DNA of 64,000 bases from assembly GCA_965655095.1 (NCBI GenBank), contig OZ296652.1, forward strand, positions 110,980,001-111,044,000, written 5' to 3'. Positions 43,101 to 55,100 of this stretch are shown here, piece after piece; position 1 is the stretch's first letter, and each line of letters opens with the position of its first letter. The translations under genes and the position numbers were made by a program. Below the pieces are notes generated by a model. The model ran no database searches. It was not told the origin of the DNA and saw only the letters and a list, made by a program, of their open reading frames with translations. The DNA is from Haplodiscus bocki (taxonomy: Eukaryota).

Positions 43101-46100
43101 AAACAATATAATAACAGAATACACACTTCAACAAAACTATCTCCAAAATATGCTTCTTTAAAAAAGAACGAAGGAATCGTTTACAAAATTTTATTAGATA
43201 AACGTATGAAAATAACACCAAAGTTTCAAATAAATGATCTCGTTAGAACAGCAGATTTAAAGAAAATGTTTTCAAAAGGTGATACAACTAATTGGTCTTA
43301 TAAATTATATATAATTACAGAAATAATTAATGATACTATTCCAAGTTATCGTCTTGACAATTTACCAGAAAGATATAACGAATCGTTACTGAAAAAGACA
43401 GAGTTAACAATGAAAGAAAATAATAGTGTAATGAAAAAATTAAACATCACTTAGATCAAATCAAAATGACGTTGTCCATCACTACTTATAGATACCAATT
43501 TGTTTGTTAACACCAAAGCATAACCATTGACGTCATTAGGAACGACCCCATCAAATTTAAATTCTACTTTAATTGGTTGAGAATTTGTAAAATTTTTCTG
43601 ATATCTTATATCGAAAACATATAAAATATAACCAAAATCATTAGCCGCAACATTTGAAGTTCTAAAGTTATCATCACTTATATATGGTTGAAGGATGTCA
43701 TCTTTCCTCAAAGCTCTCAAAGCTTCTTTGATTTGATGATATCCCTGACTATAGTCATCATCATCATAATTTAATAATATACTAGCATCAGGATATTTTT
43801 CTGTCCCGATAATGCATTGAGCACTAACAACAGGTAGTCTACAAAAAGTATCATTATTCAAATTTTGAGAATCTTGTCTATCTTGTTGCTGAAACCCTAT
43901 AATAATCCAAATAGGTACGTTCATGTTTTCTTGACTACCAAGCTCAAAATTCCATACGTTTTGATTGTTCACTGGTTTCATAAAAACAGACCGTTCAACA
44001 TATCTGAGTTCTGTGGGTGTTTTACTTAAAATTTGTTTAGATAAATTACTTTGTTGTTGAATGGAAGGTGTATAGTGGGGTACATACCAATGAATGTGAT
44101 CAATTCTAATTTTAGCATCACCAATACCACCAGCTTTGTCTATAACACCATCATCTTTGTTTCTTGTTAGAGTTAGTTTATATCCAAGACCGTAAGTAGC
44201 TTTTTCTTGGTGTTCTGCAAATCCGAAGACGTCTTTGAGCATAATTTTGAGATGATATTTACCTTTTATATTTTTATTAAGAGCTAACTCATCTCTTCTC
44301 CTGTTACGACTATTATCAAAACCAATAGATAAGTCATTACTATCTTTACTAGATGTTATTAGTTTGTACATTAAAGAAACAAGGTGAGCATGACTAATAT
44401 CTTCAAGGTGTTTTCCACTACTTGTTGTCAATTTAAAATTACTAAACAACGCAATCGGACCCAAAGTAACTAGTCTTATATCATTACCGTTTGCATATCT
44501 GGAATTATCATTTTTTTTGACCACTTCAAAGCTTAAATCTAAATAACTATTTAACAAAGAAATAACAGAATCCTCTCTCGGTATATTGATATAAATTTGA
44601 CTATTAGGAGTATTTATTGTTGAAGTTTCAGCTGGACTATATCTAATATAATCACATTTCAGAATTCTTCGATCAATTTCATAATTTTCATTTAGTTTAA
44701 ACATTTAAGATATAAAAAAAAACAATTACACTCATATACAAGTATGTATACCAAATATAATTACACGTATAAGAGTACAATTTTTTATTTGTGTACACAA
44801 TTATATGAGTAAGTATACTTACTTATTTCTGTAATAAATTACATTTATATAAAATTTGTTTATGTTGTTTCTTAGTTATGCATTTGTATTCTAATAATTT
44901 ATCAACTATAGCAACAATTTCATCGTTAATTATATCAGAATTGTTTCCAGCATTTTTTTCTTGTAAAAATAATTTTAATCTATCACATAGTTCATTAGCA
45001 TCAGATGATAGAAATATTGTTTTCGAAATACCTGTAGCCATTATAGCTGGTTGATCAAGTAATCTAATCATTGAATTGTGTCTGACACTTGGTCTCCCTG
45101 TGCTTTTGGTATCATAGTTCATTTCTTTTGCAAATTCATAAATTATTTTTCGATCTTGCTGATTAGAATGATCTACATTGAATTTATGATTTGTTATTAC
45201 TTTTAAAAGATCTCCTTCTAATTTAAAAGTTTTGTTACTATCTCTGAAAGTTATCATATTACTGAATATTGTAACTGGTATTTTTCCATGAATTAAAAAA
45301 TCATTCATTTTAGTTGAATTAGGGTCTTTTCTTAATCTAAATTGGCTTTTGTTATCAGATTTAAATATTTCGACTAGAGAGCTAGCTAGATATGGAGCAA
45401 TCAAACTTTCATCACCCATCAATTCTAAAACTTTTTCATTTAAGTTCTCGATTGCTTCGGTGTTATTAATAGAATTTTCTGTTATAGTTTTCGTGATATC
45501 TTGAGAAGTTTGTTCAAGTGATTTAGTAACAGGTTCAAATACTTTTTTCATGTCTTCATGAAAGTTTTGTTCACCTAATTTGTCTTGTAATCTGACAACT
45601 TTTACTTGATCTTGTAACGAAACTAACTCGTTTAAATTTTCTAAATCTTCTCTATCTTTAATCGAATATAACATTTAAAAGATTTGAAAATGTAATCATA
45701 CTCTTATATTTGTAAGTATACTCATATAATTACACGTATAATTGTATAAAATTTTGTATGATTGGTTTTAAAAGGGTTTTGTCTGAGGTGTTGCTTCTAT
45801 ATACGTTTTTTTACTTTCATTACAAACACAATATCTTCCTTGATCTCTCTTTTTAGATCAATCAATACAAAGATAATTATAATCTTCTTCCCATGATTTT
45901 CTACACAATTCTTTGAATTCATCATAGCTCATATCATAACCTGCAACATCTCTATATATATGTTCAATATCTTTTAACGTTTGATTAAACAAAATTATTT
46001 TGTTACTATTTCGTATTGTTCTTTTTGGCAAATCAAAATAGGATTGTGATAAATAATATATATCTAAATTATTGTGTCGTCCTCTTATGAAATACTGATC

Positions 46101-49100
46101 TATATCTCTACTATTCGACGAACCTAAAACATCGTCAAATACTATAATACCATTTTCGTATTCGTTTAAAGGTTTAAATTCATCGCTTATTTCTTTAATT
46201 TTGATTTTAGAATTGGTATACTGTTCAGGAGGTGATTTAGTGATTATATAAATATCTCGATCTGACATTCGTGAAAGAATTTTTAACATAAAATATGTTT
46301 CACCTGAAAAAGATGGACCAACTAATAATGTTCGATTATTATTTTCAAATTTTGATTGTTGTGATGTGTTAACGTTTTCAATAATTTTATTTGGAGGTAA
46401 GGTGTTAATATTGATTTTCCTTTTCTTTCTATTATAACAATCTCTACAAACAGTTCTATCTTTTTTGTAATTATTTATATCTAATTTTATTTTACATACA
46501 GAACAATTTTTATTCTTATCCATTTAAAATACAAAACAGTTCATAATCACAATATCATTGAATAGAACAGAACTGTTCACGTTATCATTTTTTAAGTCCT
46601 AGGTTGAAATTTTATTTTATTATGACTAAAAAAATTTAATTTTATTTTTTTATTCATATTTATAAAAAAGAATCATTTTTATTTTCATCAACATATTTAG
46701 TAAAAATATTACATAGACTTTCATATTCAGTTTTATCGATTACATTATCTTGTAATGATTTTCTGTATAATTTATCAAAAGATTTAATAGTATTTTGATC
46801 TCTTTCATATTGTTTTTTATATTTATTGTATGTTTATGATTAATTTATGTAATACTTTGTTACCTAATGATAAACCACAAGCAATACCAGCTGATATTGG
46901 TAAAATAATCAAACCAACACCAGTAACCGATAGAGTTATTGAAGTCGACGTTGCTGTGATGATAACGATACTGTCTACTGATTCTAATACTGTGTTTAGA
47001 GTTTTATAATTTTTATATCTCTTTTTGGATTTATTATTTTTGTCTTTGAAGTAAGTAATCATTTCTTTAATGTTATTAACATGGTTATTAAAACTGTTAA
47101 CATCATTTATTTTCTTTTCTAATCGTTTTTCTAAATCAATGTTTTCTAATAATGGTGCTGAGGGATATAATTTATCTGTTTTTGCTTCCATTTATATAAC
47201 ACAAATTAGGAAAATCTAGGTAGATACAGCCCTTTACCAGTATGATAAAAATTAATCACTTCTGGCAATGATGTCAAAGCTGCTTTCGGGTTTCGAGAAG
47301 CAAATGCAGTACCAACGTTTGCACCAATTTCGAGAGCTCTTCCGGGGTTTTTTAATACGTTTTTTGCCATCTTTTTTGGTATATTTAATCCTTTTTTTAC
47401 CAAAATTCTTAAAGAAATCTCCGAGACCTTCTGCTTGTATCGTATTATCACTCACGATCATAGATTTTTTTCTATTACAAATCACACATTTTCCAACTAA
47501 TAATTTAATCTCCCTACCAGTTTTTTTATTAATCGTTATCTCACCAGTAATGTTTTTTTTACCTGATCTATGTTTGCCACCAACGCAATAACTGTCTGTT
47601 TTAAATTTTTGACAGTTAATTTATATCACAAAAGACATGTTTGTTCAGATCTTGATCATTTGTAATGTAAAAGTCAACGTTTCTTGATTAAAATCTACTT
47701 CTTCATTATTATCATCTTCTAGATAAAAAGTTATAGTATTCAATACAGATTTATTTATTTTTTTATAATGTATTGTTTCTGGTTGACAAAATACTTCATA
47801 TCCACTTGGTTTATCTGAAACAAAACTAAACAGAATTGGTTGTCTAACTCCGTTTTGAACACTACCATCGATAAGATCACATTTCAAATGAATTTTATCT
47901 ATTGTATTTAAATTTAAAATAATTTTATCACTAGTGTAGACACCTGGAGCATCAGCATGAATAGCGTTTGTAGGTTTGTAATCCCAATATGGTGTGAAAC
48001 CTAATAATGTATGAAAAAACGATTTTTTGTTAAATCTTAAAGTTCCAAAAGTTTCACCAAAACGAGTTAAAATAAGTTTGACCTTTTTGTTTAAATCATC
48101 ATATTCGATCTGTAATGTTCCTTCATGATCACCAAGAGGATAAACAGCTTTTTGAAGATCTTCAATCGTATAATTGCCAGGATCTAATTCGTAAGTAATA
48201 AATTTTTCATTGTATTGTTTTAAAATCAATTGAATATTATCTTCTTCTAGACCAACTACAACTCTAAGATAACTTTCAAAATCTCTAAATGGAGATCTAG
48301 CATAACCCATTAATAATATAATATAACCATCATGACTTGTTTTATGTAATCTTAATTTCCAATAGGTTTCAGCTATACGAGGGGCTAATTTTTCATCTTC
48401 TAGATGATCGTCTGTGATTTCTGGAATGTTAAGGATTTCTTCAACTTCATGTTTTAGTTATTCAAATGAATATTCGTCAAAATTGTCTGTATAAAGTTCA
48501 AATTTGTTATTTTCTTTTGTTATATTAAAAATAGAATTGTATACTTCTAAATCTATTAAGCCTAGCATCCAGTCTTCTTTAACCTGAATTGGTGGATTGA
48601 AATGAAACGTTTCTTTTGGTTTAATCATTTTAAATTCTAACGTTTCTTCCGGTTTTCTATGAGTTTGTTCAACCAACTTTTCACAATTTTTAGTAATGGA
48701 CAATAGCAAATCTTCGATTTCATTTTTAGGTTGAATCATATTTAAATTCATTTATATACTCAAATAATTGCATGTATACCTTAGTATAAGTACAAAAATA
48801 CTTGTAAAATACTCATATAATTACTCGTATAAGTGTTTTACATTTTAATTAGTTGACAAGTAAATAATACAATTTCATCATTAAAATCAACAGGTTTGTA
48901 ATCGTCATCTTCAAAATAAAACGTTATATGAGACAGAACAGATTTATTTTTTAAAAAAATTTTACTTTTGGTTCTTTGTATATTTTATGACCGGGTGTTT
49001 GATCAAGAGCGAAAGAGTAAAAATTTGGTTCTCGGACACCATTTACGATGCTCCCATCAACAACATTGCATTTAAGATGAACTTTATCAATTCCTGTAAT

Positions 49101-52100
49101 ATTAATCGGTTTATCACTTTTATACGAACCAGGCAATATTTGATAGAACCCTTCAATATCGTTTAAGGGGCCTTGGTGAGATTGAGTAAATCCTAATATA
49201 GTATGAAAGAAACTTTTATTAGTGAATATTAACGTTTGATTAATTTTTAAATCGGTTTTATATTTTCTTTCATCTATAGAAACATTTATTTTTACGTTAT
49301 TTGGTAGAATATTTTTTAAAGTTTTGTTTAAATCAACCACATTATATATGTTAGGTTCTATGGAATAACCCATTCTTTTTGTAGGAATGTATTTTAAGTC
49401 TAAGATATCTATAATCTCATCATAAGTCAGTTGCATTCTGTAAACTAAATCTTCAAGATCGTTGTATTTAGCATTTTTTAATTCTTCAATTATCTCGTGT
49501 TTTTGAGTATCAAAGTCTGATAATTTATATTCATTATCATCCATTTTTATTTTATGACCTCTTTTTCTAACTTCTGCAACATGTAATTCAAGAGATTTAA
49601 GCTCTAATAATTTATTTAGTTCATCAATAGTTTTTTCAGCAAATTCGGTTTGGTAATGACCTGGTATAATGATTGAAAACTAATTGTTTTCGTTAGTGAT
49701 ATTATAAACAGAATTTGTGCAATCAAACAAACTAACCGCAATCAGCCATTTACCTTCTTCAACTAAATTTATCGGAGGATTGAATGAAAAAGTCTGCATT
49801 TGTTTATTCATTTTGAATTCAAGAGTCTCTTGTGGTTTAGTTTTTGTTTGCTCAATCAAAGTATCAGTATGCTTTTTTATTAAAAGTAATAATTCATTAT
49901 TCATTTAAGGATACCAAATCCTCCTGCTGTAAAATCATTAACAAATTTTTTACTATTTTGTGAAAAGTTTTTGTTTTTTTACGAGGAAGAGAAGCAGTTT
50001 TTGGTTTATTATTTTTTTCTTTTATTTGTTCGGTTGTTGGTATATATCGTACACTATTATCAATAGTTATTTTTCTTAATGTCATTTAATTTGAAGAAAA
50101 CATTAACGATTTCATATCATTTGATAATACAAATTCAAAACAGCTGATTTAAAATCTAATCCTAAAACTTTCACCAAATAGATTATATATAAACAATAAC
50201 TTGCACAAAAACTATCATTTTTTTGAATCTGATACTCAGAATATAAACAATATCCATTCCGTTTTATGATAAATTTGGATAGTTTCTTTGGAGATATACA
50301 CCCATATGAATCAAAATAATTTTCATTTACATAACAAACCCAATGAGTCCCTTTTGACGGATGTAAATTTACAATTCCGATATCAGATTTAAAAAGCCCG
50401 TCTCTTAAATAAATCCCTACATCATTCAAAGACAAAGACGAAAGAACTTGTTGAATTTTCATATTTGATGTAGCTTTATTTTTAAAATTGTATTTTTTAA
50501 GAAATTCATTGAATGTTATCATTTAAACACTTATATAATTGTATGTATAACCTCGTATAAATACAAATATAATTGTATGTATCCGTGTGTTATAAATGTA
50601 ATTATCTATTATCTTCTAAATCACCTCTTCTCCCTGTTGTAAACAAAAAATCTTCCAAAACTTTATCAGCGTTAGCATAATTATCAAATAAACCTTTATC
50701 ATATAATATTTGTATAGTCGTTTTAACAGCTCTTTGGACTAAAATATCTTCTACATTTTGTTTGTTGTATTGTAATTTAAATTCGTTGAAATCTTTTTCT
50801 AATTTTGATAAGTGTCCATCTATTTTCAATAATTTTGAATCTAGGTATCCTTTGTTTATAACATCTTCGTTATCAACAGGTTTAAAGTTGGTTGTTATTT
50901 TTTCATCTTTTTTATAAGTATCATGTACTTCGAGTTTTAATTGACTAATATTCGAATCTTGTAGTTTATCTCTTTTAGAAACGATATTATCGAATTCTGA
51001 TTCCCATAATTTATTATAACTAATATAAGCCATTTATAAAACATGAATACATACAATTACATGAGTTTTTATACTTAGGTATGCTTACAATTGTACACTT
51101 AGATATATTATTGTTTTTCCATTTGTTTTTTCATCCTAGACATAATTAAATCAGCTCTTTTTTCATCATTGATATCTTTTAATAGCTTTGCTTTTGATTC
51201 TTGAAGCCATTTTTCATCATAATCACCTATTTTGTTTTTCAAAGCATCGTTTTCTGTAGATAAATCGACTACATCATCACCTAATAAATTAAAAGCTTTT
51301 TTAATAGCTGGCATCATGCTTACAAGTTGTTCTCCCTTTTTAGCTTGGGTCGTTAATGATTGTTGATTAAATTCTTTTAAATCTTGTATGATGCCATTTC
51401 TTACTGAATTATCATTAGAAATAATTTGCATAGCTAATTCCATTTAAATACACATATATTAATGATTATACTTGTATAAGAGTTCAAGTATTATTGTTTT
51501 TAGGAATTTTATCTAAATAGTGTTCGTTAATTTCAATATTCTCTTCTTGTACAGATCCAGCTTTTAAAACAATTTTCGATCTTGTTTTTTTATCATTTGA
51601 GGTCAATAGAGGTCTTGTGAGCTCACCATTATCTTCGATTTTGACCTTTTTTGGTCGTTTTTTAGCGTTATTAGGGTTAATTCTGTATGGAGAAATCATA
51701 TTTATGTCGTTTCTATATCTTTTTATAGTAGAAGAGGATATGTTTAATTGAGATGATATCTCTGATTGCGTCATTTTTGGATTTTGATATTTAATATTCA
51801 TGAAATCATTCATAAGTTTTAATTTATAATATTTAGTCAACATATTAGGATCCATAGCAGAATTTTTATTTATTTCGTTTAAAGAAGGAGTATTCATTTA
51901 TATATTTAAATACTCGTATAATTGTAAGTATAAACAGTATAAATACAAGTATAATTGTAAATATCCATAGTTTTTTATATTGTCTCTTTGTAGTGTCGAC
52001 AAAATTGACATATTCTTCAATCAAATTCGTTTTAATATTCATTTATATAAATGGATTATTATTGTGCTATATGTGATAGATCAATAAGTGATAAACATAG

Positions 52101-55100
52101 AAATAAACATAATAAAACAAAAAGACATCACTTTATGAAAAATTATGTGACAAATATTTATAAGTATAAAGATATTGTTTGGGGTGATATTGAAAAAATC
52201 CTTCATGAAAATATTATTAGTCATAATAATAAATTTAATGAATTTAAAACTTATGTGTCATGTAAAATAAATGAAGATGTAGAAATAAAAGTATTTAAAG
52301 CCAATCTGACTTGCGTTTATTACTACCTACTTTCAACGAACCTTTCAAATCAAAAAATATAAAAATGGGAACACTCTATGTTCATATAGCTGGTGAAATG
52401 ATATGTAACGATATTCGTGGAAATCTAAGTTCCAAATATGATATTAATTGTAATCGTGATATGGAAATAAGAAATCTAACAATAAAATTTGTCTCACGCT
52501 ATCGAAATATGACTTTTAGACACAAACTCCAACAACCTAGATCAATGCTGGAGACGAAAATGGTTAAACATATAAAATATATGTCATATGAAGAACAGAG
52601 TGATAAATATAATTTCCTGACTTGCAAACATAAGTTGTGTTTAATATAATCATCTTTTTTTATTTTACAATTTTTCCTATATATAAAAGAACGAACTAAA
52701 AACACCAGGATTAAATAACCCAGAAACCTATGTGTTAACACATACTAGATTTAATACTTATATGGTTTTAATTTTCACTGATTTGAAAAAAGCTCAGATT
52801 TATAAAATGCCTCATAGAAATAACCCTCATCAAGAAATTGAGATAATTATGAGCTTTGATTATCTTCATTTATTTGGACCCGATGAAAACAATAAAGATG
52901 GAAATTTTCTGTTCGAAATTGGAGATAAAAAATATATTCATGTGGGTGAAAAACTATTTAGTTTTGAAACAAACGATGAAATTGTAGATTATTTTACAGA
53001 ACATGGTAATAACGCTGTTAAATACTCATTTGCTTATCGTAAAGAAAACATTTACTTTATGCTACATCAAAAATATATCCTCTTCAAGAATATGAAAATT
53101 CGACAATGAAAAACGAGTATCAGTATTTGTATAAAAAAGGCGAAGAATTAAAAGGTGATAATATTTCAGTTGAAAACGAAGGCATTGTTGAATATGGTAA
53201 CGATTTTTATAAGTGTAAAATTATTCACTCCAAACAATAAATATACTCTCACACATATACATGTAATTATATTTAATACACATATTTATATAAATGTATT
53301 TGTATTTCAATGATATCACAAAATCGTGATTATATTCAAACACATTGTAATGATCGTAGAAATACTTTTCATTTTGCATGTCGTCAATGGTATTCATATA
53401 CTAGTATAATCATATTCTTATATTTGTATGAATACAACTTTGTAATATTATGATATACTTACATGAATTCATATACAAATACTAGTATAATTATTCCTAT
53501 ATTTCTATGAATATTTGTTTATAATAATATAATTATTCTTAAACTTGTATGAATAAGTTTAATTTATCTTTTACTTTTACAAATACTATTTTGAAGATTT
53601 CTCGAAAATGGTAACAGATACGAGGCTGATATTTTCAGCGTACACTAATATTTTCACGAGCTATCCAAGAATATATCACACTTTGTTGTAGCTTAAAATT
53701 TTATAATCTCTACATGTTTAAGATATGTCGACATATACTGATTTTATCAATTTTCTCAAAGATTATAATAGATACAAAGCTGAAACTTTCAGGGTTTACT
53801 AAACTTTTAACGGGCTTTCTAATGATGTATCATTTGTATTTGTAGCTTAAAATTTTGTAATGTCTACATGTTTAAGATATGACGTCATTTTCTGTTTTTG
53901 TCAATTTTCTCGAAGATTATAACAGATACAAGGCTGAAATTTTCAGGGTTTACTAAACTTTTAACGAGCTTTCCAACGACATATCATTTGTATTTGTGGC
54001 TCAAAATTTTATAATCTCTACATGTTTAAGCTATGTCGACATATACTGTTTTTGTCAATTTTCTCGAAGAATATATTAGATACAAGGGTGAAATTTTCAG
54101 GGTTTACTAAACTTTTAACGGGCTATCGTATGACATATCATTTGTATTTATAGCTTAAAATTTTATAATCTCTACATGTTTAAGGATGTCGACATAGTGT
54201 TTGTATTTCTCAGAAATCGTGTTTTTCGTTTAAGACAAAAAATATCCACTGGCCAACTTTCATGTCTAGCTTTTCAGCTGTCTTCGAGTGAGCGTTCCTG
54301 GTGGTATATCCCCATCGATCTATTCTGCTTTTTCAAGCATTAAGACATGGACAGTTCCTCCTATAGCTTCATGGTAATGTACGACAAACGAGTGGGGATA
54401 CGTATTAAGCAGCGAACCCCAAACACTGCGGCAATGTCTTAACTTCATCGATGTCATTCTACAAATACCAATCTGCTATAGGAGGCGATAAAGAAAAGAG
54501 AATACTAACATAAAAATACCATTTATATGGTGAAGGAAAACAGGTATGTTAAATGTTTTTGTAATTCTTTTGGTACGGATATAGGTGCAGATACTAGCAG
54601 TCAAAATCGATCGAGTGAATGAGCGAAGTGAATGAGCTCGGTCAGGATTTGACTGCTAGTATCCGCAACTATATTATTATTTATACAAGTGAGAAACGCT
54701 AGAGAAAAAATTAGATAAAACCACAGACCGTGAAGCGAAAATGGCTTAAACAATTGAGCATGCGACTGCATCCCAAAATCCACCTTCGAGCCCAGGTCAC
54801 TCCACTTTTTTGGTCAAATCTTGGAACCTGTCAGTTGTTAGATGGTAAAAAAAAACAGCACTGTGTTGAAATACTTGCTTGCGCACGTGTAAACAAACTA
54901 TATCGACTTCTGCAGTTTAAAAAGAAATACGAAAAGGCAAAGCTTCGCCCTCCAACATTTTCCAAGAAGTAATCTTTTGTTTTTTAATCGGAAGATACCC
55001 GAGAGTTTGTTTCTTGGAAAAAAATAGGGATAAAAGCTTTGAAACAAGTCCATAACTGCAAAAAATCATCCACACTTATTCGATATTTCAAGTATCTAAC

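Larger units (their letters stand above)
37250..54681. mobile_element. Full-length Polinton/Maverick (adintovirus-like) provirus, 17,432 bp
   Basis: Termini AATAATAATATAG...CTATATTATTATT; 6-bp TSD TATACA at 37244-37249 and 54682-54687; long TIRs; complete core gene set; sharp shift to high AT content. Confidence 0.97.

Noticed and set aside
39386-49682. In-frame stops in Polinton genes as an alternative genetic code or programmed readthrough
   Set aside because: All three stop types occur (TAA, TGA, TAG), along with frameshifts and a Walker A mutation; neutral decay is the simpler explanation.
53580-54190. Regular repeats as a possible CRISPR array
   Set aside because: Whole units repeat with no unique spacers, there are no cas genes, and the context is eukaryotic.
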